Positions 15,662-29,988 are shown, counted from the stretch's first letter. The stretch: 64,000 bases of DNA from a virus (IMGVR_UViG_3300037310_000131:9446-73445), one strand, 5' to 3'. Notes: generated by a model not told the origin, from the letters alone. A program made the numbers and translations.

Positions 15662-15846
15662 TCGACACGCTGGTGTAATACTAAATCAAAAGGCCGCAAG
15701 TGCGGTGCTTTCCGCCACCACTAGCAGCGGGGAGAGGGCGCTTTACAGCTATCGCCACGGCAAACGCATGAGGTGCTGAATCATCGGCCCGCAAGCACCC
15801 TGTGCGCAACCCGTAAGATAAGCGAGCCGGTAAAGACACATTTCAA

Positions 15847-17109
15847 ATGTCCCTCCCTACCTGCACACTAGACGCCGCTGAGGTTTCCCAGCTTGTGACC
15901 GCCCAAAATCCCAAGATTTATCTTGAGGTTCTCCAGAAGGTCTCGACGGAATCCCCGTGGGCCAACATCATCCCCGCCTCCACGACCGAGGCTAACATGG
16001 GCGACACGATTGAGTCCGTTGTCACGCCTCGCGCTGTGACGAATCAGGACCAAGTCGAGCCTGCGTTCACCAACTTCACATCCACTGGCTGCACGCTGAC
16101 CGGCGAACAGTCCCAGATGGGTAACATCCGCTTCTCCACTCAGTTGGAGATTCTCCGTGGCGAGACAGAGTACATCTGTTTGTTCGCCAACTGGGACACC
16201 GTGTACGGCGCGCTCGCCCAGAGCATTCAGGCGCTCAAGACGGAAATCACCTACCTCTACAACACGGACGTCAAGTCCAAGCTCGTCCGCTACTCCGGCC
16301 TCAAGGCCAGCGTGCAGGAAGGCGTTTCGCCGGCCGCATCGCTCAACGGTGGCGAGTGGGAGGTTCAGGTTGACTTCCCGGCCTCCTTGCCGACGGCGAA
16401 CATCACGTTCGCGTGGGCCAAGGCGCTGCTCAACCACATCACGGAAGTGTATGAGGTCCAGATGTACGGCGCTGGCGCTGACGCGCACGCGAAGCTCATC
16501 GCCTCGGCTGCCGTCCTCGATGCGTTCCGCAACGAAGTCGGTGCCGCTGGCCCGAACACGTCGCTCATCGCCGGCACGACCGGTGGCTTCAGTGACGCCA
16601 AGAAGCAGCTGTGGGAGTTCATGTGGGAAGAGTCGAACTTCCGTGGCATGAAGTTCGCAAAGGACCGCTACCCGCTGCGCTTCAACAACGTGGATGGCAA
16701 CGGCTACCCGATCTGGATTGCCCCGCGCGTCAAGCAGCTCGTGACGGCCACTAACTCCGGCTCCGGCTATCGCCTCGCCCCGAATCCAACGTGGGCAAAC
16801 GCGGTATACGAGGTCGCGGTGCTGGTCTTCGCGGACTCGTTCCGCCGCCGCACGCCGGCTCAGTTCGCGGGTCAGGGTGACATCAAGTACCCGTCCCAGA
16901 ACTTCGGTGGCGACCTTCGCTGGTCCTTCCTGCAAGACCAGTGCAACAAGTGGGGTGACAAGGGTCAGTTCCTGTACCAGATCGCCCGCGCCTATCAGGT
17001 TGGTGCGAACGGTGCGCACAGCATCATTCCTATCGCCTTCAAGCGCTGCCCGGTTGACTACGGCCTGAGCACCTGCTCCTCGGTAGTTGCGAACAGCTCC
17101 AGCAACTAA
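15847..17109 (+). CDS. Major capsid protein, putative
   Basis: 420 aa, strongly biased codon usage, own promoter and terminator, follows the scaffold-like gene. Confidence 0.78.
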   Translation: MSLPTCTLDAAEVSQLVTAQNPKIYLEVLQKVSTESPWANIIPASTTEANMGDTIESVVTPRAVTNQDQVEPAFTNFTSTGCTLTGEQSQMGNIRFSTQLEILRGETEYICLFANWDTVYGALAQSIQALKTEITYLYNTDVKSKLVRYSGLKASVQEGVSPAASLNGGEWEVQVDFPASLPTANITFAWAKALLNHITEVYEVQMYGAGADAHAKLIASAAVLDAFRNEVGAAGPNTSLIAGTTGGFSDAKKQLWEFMWEESNFRGMKFAKDRYPLRFNNVDGNGYPIWIAPRVKQLVTATNSGSGYRLAPNPTWANAVYEVAVLVFADSFRRRTPAQFAGQGDIKYPSQNFGGDLRWSFLQDQCNKWGDKGQFLYQIARAYQVGANGAHSIIPIAFKRCPVDYGLSTCSSVVANSSSN

Positions 17110-17120
17110 GTAGGGTTTTC

Positions 17121-17147
17121 GAGCCCCTTCTAGCGAGGGGGCTCTTT
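17121..17147 (+). terminator. Intrinsic terminator after capsid gene
   Basis: GAGCCCCTT/AGGGGGCTC hairpin followed by TTT. Confidence 0.7.
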
Positions 17148-17208
17148 ACACCCAATTTAGAATTGGCCGCGCCGCAGGGTTAGCGGTCTGGCCGAAACCC
17201 AGACCACA

Positions 17209-18015
17209 ATGCAAATCCTCGGCAATTTCCAGAAACTAGCGAGGTGCGGGTTCATGCCAAGCGCCTCCATGTCAGTGCTCATTTCTTGCGCACTTCTGCT
17301 CATTGTTGTTGCCCCGGGATGCGCGAGCCAGTCGGGCTCCCGGGGTGGGTTTGCCACGGTTAGCGGCGCAATTGGTCGCACGGTTACCGCCCCGTTTCGT
17401 CATTTCGCCAAGGAGTCTCGCAACCCTGCCGCCAGTGGATCGTCCAAGGCCGGTGGGGCAACGATCCCCGACGTAGCCACCATCCAGCAGTCGGCCAACC
17501 CGTCCGGTCCGAGCGCGCAGAACTACGACTTCGGCAAGACCGATGAAATCATCTACTCGCAGGACACCGCCATCGTGACCGAGCACAAGCAGCCTGACGG
17601 CTCATCCATCGTGGTGACACAGCACATTCCGGCCGGCTCCAAGCAGCGTGTGAGCACCAACCAGCGGGTCGGGCAGGTCATCGGCGCGGCACAGGTGGAC
17701 CAGTCGGCCAATCTCACGGCCAAGCTTGGGTCGTTCAGGATGATCCAGTGGATTGGTGCCATCGCCCTTCTGGTGGGCTGCGCGGGCTTTGCCCACCCGG
17801 CGGGGCGAGTGCTGATTGGCGGCAAGGACACCGCCATCATGGTCGGCCTGTCCGGCCTAGTGATGATTTTCGGGCCAGTCCTCTTTGTGACCTACGAGAA
17901 GTATTTCTTCTTGGCGATTGTGGCGGCTGTTGCGTATTGGTTCTGGTCGCGGGCAAAGCACAAGGAGGGAGTATTAGACGGACTTATGTCTGGACAGACC
18001 AAGGATTCGTCGTAA
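17209..18015 (+). CDS. Membrane protein with lipoprotein-like N-terminus
   Basis: Hydrophobic stretch ending APGC; three C-terminal hydrophobic segments. Start uncertain. Confidence 0.55.
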   Translation: MQILGNFQKLARCGFMPSASMSVLISCALLLIVVAPGCASQSGSRGGFATVSGAIGRTVTAPFRHFAKESRNPAASGSSKAGGATIPDVATIQQSANPSGPSAQNYDFGKTDEIIYSQDTAIVTEHKQPDGSSIVVTQHIPAGSKQRVSTNQRVGQVIGAAQVDQSANLTAKLGSFRMIQWIGAIALLVGCAGFAHPAGRVLIGGKDTAIMVGLSGLVMIFGPVLFVTYEKYFFLAIVAAVAYWFWSRAKHKEGVLDGLMSGQTKDSS

Positions 18016-18028
18016 AAACAATACAACC

Positions 18029-21902
<3,874 letters not shown>

Positions 21903-21903
<1 letters not shown>

Positions 21904-22415
21904 TGCCTATTTCAGCAAAAGTCTCCGGTTCTTGGCAGACCATAACCAAGCCCGCGACGAAGGTGTCGGGGACTTGGAGGCCGCTCGGCGGCGTCTGGAC
22001 GCGCGTGTCTGGCGTGTGGCAGCGCGTTTACACGGCGGCGGCAATCTCCAATCAGTTTGCAAATGCGTCCTTCACGTCCGGCACGGTAACGGCCACGTAC
22101 GAACTGAACTCGAATGGCATCGCGTATCTCACCGACAACGTGAGCTATGGCGACAACTTGCTACACGCCATCTCGAACGAGTGGCAGGGCGGCGGAACAA
22201 ACTCCGACTTTGAGGCGCGCATGACCGTCAACAGCGGCTCGCTATCAGCCGGCACCACTGGCTCGTGGGTGGCCCTGAGCAGTACGCAGACGTGGACCCT
22301 CTCGCGCGCCACCGCGGGCATAAGCACAGCCAGCGCAACACTTGAAATCAGGCTGGCCGGAAGTGCTACCGTTCTCGACTCGGCCACAATCGACTTTGAG
22401 GCCGAGCGCGCGTAA
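21903..22415 (+). CDS. Tail-fibre-associated protein
   Basis: KVSGSWQTITKPATKVSGTWR N-terminus typical of small fibre-associated proteins. Confidence 0.6.
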
Positions 22416-22423
22416 CCTATTTT

Positions 22424-22567
22424 ATGTCCAAAGAACTAGCATCCATCATTATCGCGGTGGCCGCGCTCGCACTGGCCTACTTTTTCGTGTTCCGCAGGAA
22501 GTCGTCCAAGCTGCAGTCGGGTGGGTCCGTCGGCGGATCGAACTACAAGGACGCCAGCAAGCCGTAA
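22424..22567 (+). CDS. Small membrane protein (47 aa, not in the ORF track)
   Basis: MSKELASIIIAVAALALAYFFVFRRK... Confidence 0.5.
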   Translation: MSKELASIIIAVAALALAYFFVFRRKSSKLQSGGSVGGSNYKDASKP

Positions 22568-22577
22568 CAATACCGGC

Positions 22578-22605
22578 TTGACCTGTCGCCCGCTTGCGCT
22601 ATGGG
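22578..22605 (+). promoter_or_regulatory. Putative promoter (leaderless transcript)
   Basis: TTGACC-16 nt-TATGGG; ATG 6 nt downstream. Confidence 0.4.
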
Positions 22606-22611
22606 TGGCGC

Positions 22612-24375
22612 ATGAGGTTTTCTGTTGTCCTGATTTGCCGAAACGAGGAGAAGACGATTCCGCGACTGATGGCCTCCCTGAGGGAGTTCCAGTCCCGGGG
22701 CGGAGAGGTAATCCTGATGGATACCGGCTCCTCCGACAAGAGCGCCGAAGTGGCCCGCGCCCATGGCTGCACAGTGCATGAGGTTGGGGAGCGCTTCATG
22801 GGCACCATCGACGACTCGCTGGCCGAGCGCATCAACAACTTCTTCCTGCGTGATCCCGGATATAAGATCGTTAGGGTCGGTGACAGGTACTTCGATTACT
22901 CCGCCGCCCGCAACTACGCGGCCTCCCTGTCCAAGACGGACATGGTGGCGATGCCGGACTGCGACGAGGAGTACACGAAGCTGGACTTGGACAAGATCAA
23001 CGATGTCATTGAGCGCGGCGCAGAGCAGCTCGAGTACGAGTTCGTCTTCGCCCACGCGCCTGACGGCAGCGACCTCATCAAGTTCCGCCACTGCAAGTTT
23101 TACAATCGCACCAAGCTGAAGTGGACTGGCGTGGTGCATGAGGTTCTGGCGGGCCACGCAAGCCGGGTCTACCTCGACACCTCTACCATCAAGCTTGAGC
23201 ACTGGCAGAACCCGTCCGACAATCGCACCCGCTATCTGACCGGGTTGGCGGTGGACTGCTACAAGAATCCCGACAACGACCGCAACTCACACTACTTCGC
23301 CCGGGAGATGCTGTTCTGCGGCCTGGCGAAGTCGGCCTACCATGAGTTCTCGCGCCACATTGCCATGAAGAAATGGCCAACAGAAGCCGCGCAAAGCATG
23401 ATATATCAGGGGGATGCGTTGATGATTATGGGCAAACGGGAGGAGGCAATTGCCCGCTGGCACGATTCCGTCACTCACTACGGAAACAGGCGAGAGGCGT
23501 GGATGCGGCTGGCCTCCCACTACCACAAGGCCAACGATTACCAGCGTGCGGCGAGCTACGCCAATGCCGCCCTCGCGGTTCCATATAACGACTTCTATGG
23601 AAACAACATGGAACACTATCGCCACGGGCCGCACGAGATTCTCTACTGGGCCTACTGGTGGCTCGGCGACAAGTCGGCAAGCTTCGAGCACTGGAAGCGG
23701 GCCAAGTCCTATTGGCCAGACAATCGCAAGTTCATGCACGACAGCGTGTTCTACCTAGACATGCTGCGCCCCAAGGTGGTGGTCATAATCCCGGCGCTGG
23801 GCGGCGACGGCAGGAGCGCCGACGAGACCCGGGACTTGGTCAAGCAGCGGGCGGGGTGGTGGAACACCGAGGTCGAGGTGGTCGTGGACGACCCGGCATG
23901 CCGCAAGGGCTGCCCAATCACCCTAAAGAGGGGCGTAGAGGGCACCCACAGCGACTTTGTGCTGTTCTTGGGGTCAGATTGCGTCCCGGAGAACGGCTTC
24001 GTTCTAAAGGCATTGGAGTGCATGTATCGGTCCTTCCCCGAGGCCGACGGACTGGTCGGGCTGAACGACGGAATCTGGAAGAAGGGGGAGATTGCCTGCC
24101 ACTGGCTGGCGTCCCGCAAGCTCCTGCCCCACTTGGATGGTGAGTTCTTCTACACCGGCTACCATCACCTAGGGTGCGACAACGAGCTTACGGCCCGCTG
24201 CCAACTCATGGGCAGGTATGTCTGGTGTGAGGAAGCCAAGATTGAGCACCGGCACCCAGCCTCTGGGTTTCCGGCGGACAAGACCCATGAACTCGCGTGG
24301 AGCAGGAAGGACGAGGACCGGGCCCTGCTGAGGTCCCGCGCCAAGGCCATGGGATTTGAGCACCTGCTTATTTGA
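22612..24375 (+). CDS. Glycosyltransferase family 2 with TPR repeats and a second GT-A-like domain
   Basis: FSVVLICRNEE, LMDTGSSD, YFDYSAARNYA, MPDCDE; central TPR-like helices; C-terminal VLFLGSDC...YHHLGCDNEL. Confidence 0.88.
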   Translation: MRFSVVLICRNEEKTIPRLMASLREFQSRGGEVILMDTGSSDKSAEVARAHGCTVHEVGERFMGTIDDSLAERINNFFLRDPGYKIVRVGDRYFDYSAARNYAASLSKTDMVAMPDCDEEYTKLDLDKINDVIERGAEQLEYEFVFAHAPDGSDLIKFRHCKFYNRTKLKWTGVVHEVLAGHASRVYLDTSTIKLEHWQNPSDNRTRYLTGLAVDCYKNPDNDRNSHYFAREMLFCGLAKSAYHEFSRHIAMKKWPTEAAQSMIYQGDALMIMGKREEAIARWHDSVTHYGNRREAWMRLASHYHKANDYQRAASYANAALAVPYNDFYGNNMEHYRHGPHEILYWAYWWLGDKSASFEHWKRAKSYWPDNRKFMHDSVFYLDMLRPKVVVIIPALGGDGRSADETRDLVKQRAGWWNTEVEVVVDDPACRKGCPITLKRGVEGTHSDFVLFLGSDCVPENGFVLKALECMYRSFPEADGLVGLNDGIWKKGEIACHWLASRKLLPHLDGEFFYTGYHHLGCDNELTARCQLMGRYVWCEEAKIEHRHPASGFPADKTHELAWSRKDEDRALLRSRAKAMGFEHLLI

Positions 24376-24427
24376 TACAATTAGTTGACTAGCCAGAGCG
24401 TTATAGGATAAGACATCCCGCGACGCC

Positions 24428-24706
24428 ATGAGCTGCACTAATTGTACTACGCCAAACCATTGCGATTCGACAGCGTTTGACTCGTCCTGCACCGATGAGG
24501 GTCAGGGCTTTCCGTTGTCATACGCAGTTGGTTGCGGCAGCCCCGGCACGGCTGGGTACGCGCCCGTCCCCGGCATCGTCGGGGTGTGGAACGGCACGGA
24601 GTTCGTGCTAGACACCGACAGCTCATCGACCGCGTCATCGTCAACGGCCAGCTCTTCAGCAGCAGCCAGCTCTTCGTCTGAGCCACCGCCGCTTCCGCCA
24701 CCATAA
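24428..24706 (+). CDS. Hypothetical Cys/Ser-rich protein
   Basis: Cys-rich N-terminus, Ser/Pro-rich tail. Confidence 0.5.
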   Translation: MSCTNCTTPNHCDSTAFDSSCTDEGQGFPLSYAVGCGSPGTAGYAPVPGIVGVWNGTEFVLDTDSSSTASSSTASSSAAASSSSEPPPLPPP

Positions 24707-24722
24707 TCCTGCACGCATCACC

Positions 24723-25085
24723 ATGAAGTCACAAAAATACGACCTCGGCCAAAGGCCAGAACCGCTGGTTACACAGGCCACAGATCAAGCGCCATCGCGC
24801 ATCGAGTACCCCTGCTTGTCCATCGGCTACCCTTCTGAAATCGAGCTGCCAGACGGCGAGTTCGACGCGGTTGTCACGCTGCGCACCAAGCGCAAGGAGT
24901 GGTCCGAAAGCGAGAGGGGCGAGAAGCGCATGACCTACAGCTTCGACGTGTTGAGCATCACCCCGTCAGAGGGTTCGGAAGAGGCCGAGGAACCCGAGGT
25001 CGAGGAAGAAGAGGATGCAGCTGCCAAGATCATGAAGGGCATGCGTGGCGCGCGCTCGAAGAAGATTGCCGGGGAGGAGGACTAA
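24723..25085 (+). CDS. Hypothetical protein
   Basis: In-operon acidic ORF. Confidence 0.55.
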   Translation: MKSQKYDLGQRPEPLVTQATDQAPSRIEYPCLSIGYPSEIELPDGEFDAVVTLRTKRKEWSESERGEKRMTYSFDVLSITPSEGSEEAEEPEVEEEEDAAAKIMKGMRGARSKKIAGEED

Positions 25086-25090
25086 TCCCC

Positions 25091-26047
25091 ATGCTAGTCA
25101 GCGACATTTACGATGACCTAATCGACGCCCTTGGGCGCTGCAACCAAGCGGTAGCGTTCCGTCGCCTGACCGAGGCAATCGCCATGCTGCAGAACAAGGC
25201 GAAGTGGAACCCCAACCTGCAGGAAATCGACATTTGCGTGACGGAGGGCTACGTCACGCTTCCGCGCATCGTCAAGACGGTCATCGGCGTGCTGGCCAAC
25301 GGCAAGCCGAATTACCTCACGGATGCCTCTTGGTTCGACTACCACCTGAATGGTCCCGGCGTGCAGGACTGCGTGGGAATCGGCTACGCCCAGCTCGCTG
25401 GCGCGTTCTGTACTATCCGCGACCCGTCAGCGCCGGTCTACTTGGTGGCAGAGCTGGAAAGCGCGGCGGACAACAACAAGGAGCTGCGCGTGTTCGGTCT
25501 GGACGCAAACGGCGACGAAATATTTTCGACCAATCCAACGACAGGCGAGAAGGAGCGCGGATTCCTCGTGCCCACGGTGTACGGCTTTTCTGTGCGGGCC
25601 GCAGACATCCCGCCCATCGCCCGCATCACACGCGTGCAGAAGGCCGTCACCAGCGGGCGCGTGAAGCTCATCGCGGTGAACACCGCCGACCTGTCAGCTC
25701 ACACGCTCATCGGCTACTATGAGCCCGACGAGACCAACCCGCAGTACCAGCGTCTCAAGGTGCCGGAGAATACGTGGGTGCGCGTGAAGTTCCGCAAGGC
25801 CGACTACATCATCCGCAGTCTCAATGACTGGATTTCGCTGAACTCGTCTCAGGCGCTCATCATGGGCGTCAAGGCCGTGAAGTTCCGCTACGACGACAAA
25901 GCCGACCTTGCCGCAGCCTACGAGAAGGAGGCCACCCGCCTGCTGTCTGAGGACCAAGCCGCCAATCAGGCAGACGTGGTCATTGCTCCTCAAATCGTGA
26001 ACTCTGACCAGTTTAGCCAGACCCAGCAGGAGGGCCTGATTTACTAA
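25091..26047 (+). CDS. Head-tail adaptor / tail tubular protein A-like
   Basis: Size and position before a large nozzle-like gene; positional inference. Confidence 0.55.
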   Translation: MLVSDIYDDLIDALGRCNQAVAFRRLTEAIAMLQNKAKWNPNLQEIDICVTEGYVTLPRIVKTVIGVLANGKPNYLTDASWFDYHLNGPGVQDCVGIGYAQLAGAFCTIRDPSAPVYLVAELESAADNNKELRVFGLDANGDEIFSTNPTTGEKERGFLVPTVYGFSVRAADIPPIARITRVQKAVTSGRVKLIAVNTADLSAHTLIGYYEPDETNPQYQRLKVPENTWVRVKFRKADYIIRSLNDWISLNSSQALIMGVKAVKFRYDDKADLAAAYEKEATRLLSEDQAANQADVVIAPQIVNSDQFSQTQQEGLIY

Positions 26048-26051
26048 GCCA

Positions 26052-28073
26052 ATGGCAAATGAGTCTCAACAGGGTGACACACTGGTCGCGGGTAGCTCCT
26101 ACCTCGTGGGTGGGTGCGATTCGTTCACGCAGCCGATAGCGCTCAAGGACACCGAGATTGTGATGTCCATGAACACCGTGAATCGCGGTGGCTACTATCG
26201 CGCGCGCCCGGGCACGCGCATCATGGCTGCGGTGCCGGGTGCCAACCCTCAGGGTGGGCGGTTCTTTGCCCCGAGCAGCGGAACCCCGGCCTACATCTGT
26301 GCGGTGGACGGCAAGATTTACGTGTCTGTAGCCCCGTTCCGTACCTTTGTTCAGCTGACGGGACTGCAGTTCAATCCGCTCTCACGCTTTGTCACATTCA
26401 CGCAGTGCGAGCAGTCCACATACTACGACGATGAGGGCGACCTGCAGTACTTGGACGTGCCGAAGAGCGTCATGATTATCCAAGACGGCGTTACGCGCGC
26501 TGCGTATTGGGACGGCGTGACTGCGGAGCATATCGACCCAACGCCATCAACCACGGGCGTCACATCGCCGGGGTTTGATGGCACCAAGATTGGCCTGTGG
26601 TCGGTCTGGTCTAACAACAGGCTATGGGTGACCAACGGCAGCCAGCTGTACGCGAGCGACATCGGCAACCCGCTCAAGTTCACCGAGGCCCAGTACATCA
26701 ACGAGGCGCGCGCGTTCTATCTTTCCGGCCCATGCACCGGTATCATCGAGACGCCCGACAAGCAGGGCATCCTCGTCTTCACGACGAACGACTGCACGCT
26801 GTTCCAGTCTGGCATTCAGGACCGTACGCGCTGGCTGGATACGGTAGACTTTCAGAACACCATCATCCCGGGCTCCGGCTGCGTGGCCCCGCGCTCTGTC
26901 GTCAACCAGTACGGCCTGACGTGGTGGTTCTCGCCAACCGGCCTGCAGAACATCAATTCCGCGCTCAACCAGAACATAAGCTCTCGCATCGACTATCAGG
27001 ACTCCGAGATGTCTGCCTCCAAGCAGAACATCTCATCCGACATGGCCGGGGCGTGCGCCGGGTTTTACGAGAACTATCTTCTGCTCAGCGTGCCGTCTGG
27101 TGACCCGTACAACCGCCACACGTGGGTGCTCGACCAAGCCCCGACTGAGGACAACCAGAACGCTTGGGCCGGGTACTGGACGGGCTGGCGTCCTGTCCAA
27201 TGGAGCAAGACGATCATCGGCGGTCGTGAGCGCGTTTTCTTCCTCTCATATGACTACGACGGCGTGTGCCGCGTGTGGGAGGCCTTCTTGGCCGCGCACA
27301 CTGACAACGGCTGCGCCATCACCTGCACGCTGCAGACCAAGCAGCACGACTTCGGCAGCCTCAAGCGCAAGAAGTTCCGCTTTGCCCGGGCCTACGTGTC
27401 GCAGTTGCTCGGCAACGTCTCCTTCAGGTGGTGGGTGCTGCCAGAGAACGGCGCACCGTACACCATTGGCAGCAAGGAGATGGTGGCCACGGCTGGTCAG
27501 GTGTACGACGAGACGGCCTACGGGGCCACGGCCACCAACCATCTGTTCCGGCCCAACCGCACGCAGCACCGCATGATTTCCTCAGAAGAGGACCCGGCGC
27601 CTGAGTCCACCTGCACAGCTTGTGGGGTAGAGCGGGATGAAACCGACGACCGCGACTATGCGTTCGGCTTGTTCTTGGTGTGGAGCGGGGACATGGCCAT
27701 CACGGCTTATCAGGTGTTCGCGACCTGCGACACCGAGCCGGAGCGCGGAAGGTGCGAGGCGGATGAAGAGGGCCCGCGTTCGACCAATCTGTTTGGGTGC
27801 TCCGATCTATCGCTGTTCCCTGACGGCAACCCATTTGGACCGACGCTGGAGGCTACGGCAACCGAGTGTGTTACATCGAACGGAAGCTCTTCTAGCGTCG
27901 GTTCCTCTTCCTCATCGTCCTCGTCGTCCTCCTCTTCTTCGTCAAGCTCGTCCACGAGGACCATTTGCTCCACGCAGACAAAGACGAGCATTATCTCTCA
28001 GGCCGACGCTGACAGGAAGGCGTCCTGCGCCGCCAACTTCGACGCGAGCTTCCGGTCTGGTATCTACATCTAA
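26052..28073 (+). CDS. Tail nozzle / tubular protein B-like (beta-propeller)
   Basis: 673 aa beta-rich; NNRLWV...LYASDIGNP motif; podoviral gene order. Confidence 0.6.
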   Translation: MANESQQGDTLVAGSSYLVGGCDSFTQPIALKDTEIVMSMNTVNRGGYYRARPGTRIMAAVPGANPQGGRFFAPSSGTPAYICAVDGKIYVSVAPFRTFVQLTGLQFNPLSRFVTFTQCEQSTYYDDEGDLQYLDVPKSVMIIQDGVTRAAYWDGVTAEHIDPTPSTTGVTSPGFDGTKIGLWSVWSNNRLWVTNGSQLYASDIGNPLKFTEAQYINEARAFYLSGPCTGIIETPDKQGILVFTTNDCTLFQSGIQDRTRWLDTVDFQNTIIPGSGCVAPRSVVNQYGLTWWFSPTGLQNINSALNQNISSRIDYQDSEMSASKQNISSDMAGACAGFYENYLLLSVPSGDPYNRHTWVLDQAPTEDNQNAWAGYWTGWRPVQWSKTIIGGRERVFFLSYDYDGVCRVWEAFLAAHTDNGCAITCTLQTKQHDFGSLKRKKFRFARAYVSQLLGNVSFRWWVLPENGAPYTIGSKEMVATAGQVYDETAYGATATNHLFRPNRTQHRMISSEEDPAPESTCTACGVERDETDDRDYAFGLFLVWSGDMAITAYQVFATCDTEPERGRCEADEEGPRSTNLFGCSDLSLFPDGNPFGPTLEATATECVTSNGSSSSVGSSSSSSSSSSSSSSSSSTRTICSTQTKTSIISQADADRKASCAANFDASFRSGIYI

Positions 28074-28076
28074 GTC

Positions 28077-28262
28077 ATGCCCCCGAAGGACTCCATCTTC
28101 ACGCCCAAGCCGATTCCGCGCACTATCAACAGTCGTATCGGCCTTGGCACGCTTATCAAGACGGCCACAACCGCGATGGGAATCCGTCCGTGCGGCGGGT
28201 GCCGTCGTCGCGCCAAGAAGCTAGACCAGATGTTCCCCAACGTCAACCCGTTTGCTAGGTAA
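28077..28262 (+). CDS. Small CGGC-motif protein, copy 1
   Basis: GLGTLIK...GIRPCGGCRRR..LDQMFP. Confidence 0.6.
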   Translation: MPPKDSIFTPKPIPRTINSRIGLGTLIKTATTAMGIRPCGGCRRRAKKLDQMFPNVNPFAR

Positions 28263-28606
28263 TGGCCACACCGTTCAAGTCACTGGCAGCTGCGCTGCCG
28301 CGCGCGGCTGAACTTGAATATGTTCCTCCGCTGGTGAACCCATTGACGGTCAGCGCGGGTCCAAACCAGACTGTCAGTGGAGCTCTGGACGGCATCTTGG
28401 TCGGGGCCGTGTCCAGTTATTCAACGGCCGCCGTCACGGTTGAGTGGACGCTGGTCAGCGGCCCGGGTTCGGCCACGTTCGGCACGCCAACTGCAACGTC
28501 CACAACTGTGACCGTGTCGGAAGCGGGTGCCTATGTGTTCAAGCTGACGGCCACGCAGGGCGACTGGAGCATTGATGACGAGTCGTCCGTACTATTTACA
28601 GCCTAA
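28262..28606 (+). CDS. PKD/Ig-like domain virion protein, copy 1
   Basis: VSAGPNQT...WTLVSGPGSATF...GAYVFKLTAT. Confidence 0.7.
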   Translation: MATPFKSLAAALPRAAELEYVPPLVNPLTVSAGPNQTVSGALDGILVGAVSSYSTAAVTVEWTLVSGPGSATFGTPTATSTTVTVSEAGAYVFKLTATQGDWSIDDESSVLFTA

Positions 28607-28607
28607 C

Positions 28608-28790
28608 ATGCGCCCAATCGAGAGACTCATCCAGAAGGCAAGGGCTCGCGGGGCTGGCGACTTGGTCGCGGCCGTCGCCCAGCCGGTCGCGCGCGCCATC
28701 GATCGCGCGTTTGGTACACACGTGGCCGATTGTGGTGGGTGCAAGCAGCGCCAAGAGGCTCTCAACAAAGCGTTCCCGTTTGACAAGTAA
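28608..28790 (+). CDS. Small CGGC-motif protein, copy 2
   Basis: GAGDLVA...CGGCKQRQEALNKAFP. Confidence 0.6.
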   Translation: MRPIERLIQKARARGAGDLVAAVAQPVARAIDRAFGTHVADCGGCKQRQEALNKAFPFDK

Positions 28791-29929
28791 TGTCCACCCC
28801 ATTCAAGTCATTGGCTACTTCTATTCGCGGCTCCATCGACGTCGATTACTTTGCGCCGCTGGTGAATCCGCTGTCGGTGGACGCTGGACCGAATCAGGTG
28901 ATCGACAACAGCCCCACGCTGGAGGGCGCGCTCACGGGCACGGCGAGTTCGGTTAACAACGGGGAGCTTGCGCTGCTGTGGGAACTGGTCTCCGGCCCCG
29001 GCACCGCCACGTTCGGCTCCAGTGGCGCACTGGTCACGACCTTCCAAGTCTCAACCGAGGGCACCTACGTGTTCAAGCTCACGGCTACGGTGGGTGAGTG
29101 GTCGGAAAGCGATGAGACAACGGTGGTGATGTACGCAGTGCCACAGCCACAAGCGGCGCTGGCTTGCACCAGTGAGACCGGGACGGCCACCCTGTGCGGA
29201 AAGAAGGAGTTTGTCGGCTATGAATCGGTGCCGCCAAAAACCTACTTGCGGTGCGACGTGAGCGGAATCTCGGACCTGATTCAGTATACGTCTGGGCCAT
29301 GCGCGGGTGCGCCGGGTCCGACCTCGGTGTACTCCACGCTCAGCGGCTATATCACGTGGGACCCGGTTACGTGCGCGGTGAACGACCAAACCAATCGGCT
29401 CACGTTGGACCAAGGTGGTGCTACGGTCTACAATGGAACCGTCGGTATTACGGACAGTTCTCCTGCCTCCCCGTCGGACTGCCTATATTCCAGAACATAC
29501 ACATCGACCACGCGAACGGTCGACGGAACGGGTGTGTGCTGTGCCGGGGACCAGCGCGCCACGCTTGGTAAGGTGTGGACCCAGACGCTGTCGGACGAGG
29601 ATACTGAGCTCAACGCCATGGCGCGCGCAGCGGTGATTGTAGGGACCGCGTGTACGGCCAAGCTGGAGGCACGCGGTGCCGGCGACTACTCGTTCCAGTT
29701 TGTTGCCGTCGGCTACGACATCTCATGCTCGAACCTGCAGGCGGGGGTGGGTTACGTCGCCACGGTCGAGCTGCTGGAGGAAGACTACGGTGGCGGCAAC
29801 CCCGGCGCATCGACCCAGCAGTACCAGTTCACGGCGGGCGGCACAACCCACCTCATCTCCGACGTGGTCTCCTGCCCGAGCGGCAAGCAGGTCACTGTGC
29901 AGAATGTGTCCATCGCGTTCGCCCCATAA
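28790..29929 (+). CDS. PKD/Ig-like domain virion protein, copy 2, with C-terminal extension
   Basis: Starts TPFKSLA like 28262; DAGPNQV...WELVSGPG...GTYVFKLTAT. Confidence 0.7.
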   Translation: MSTPFKSLATSIRGSIDVDYFAPLVNPLSVDAGPNQVIDNSPTLEGALTGTASSVNNGELALLWELVSGPGTATFGSSGALVTTFQVSTEGTYVFKLTATVGEWSESDETTVVMYAVPQPQAALACTSETGTATLCGKKEFVGYESVPPKTYLRCDVSGISDLIQYTSGPCAGAPGPTSVYSTLSGYITWDPVTCAVNDQTNRLTLDQGGATVYNGTVGITDSSPASPSDCLYSRTYTSTTRTVDGTGVCCAGDQRATLGKVWTQTLSDEDTELNAMARAAVIVGTACTAKLEARGAGDYSFQFVAVGYDISCSNLQAGVGYVATVELLEEDYGGGNPGASTQQYQFTAGGTTHLISDVVSCPSGKQVTVQNVSIAFAP

Positions 29930-29988
29930 GCAACAGAAGTGCTTGACTAACCCGGGCATAACCATAAGAACCCTTAATACTAGAACCA

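Noticed and set aside
9714-17019. Long antisense ORFs (for example 9714-10802 and 15868-17019)
   Set aside because: They are shadows of GC-biased codon usage in the portal and capsid genes.
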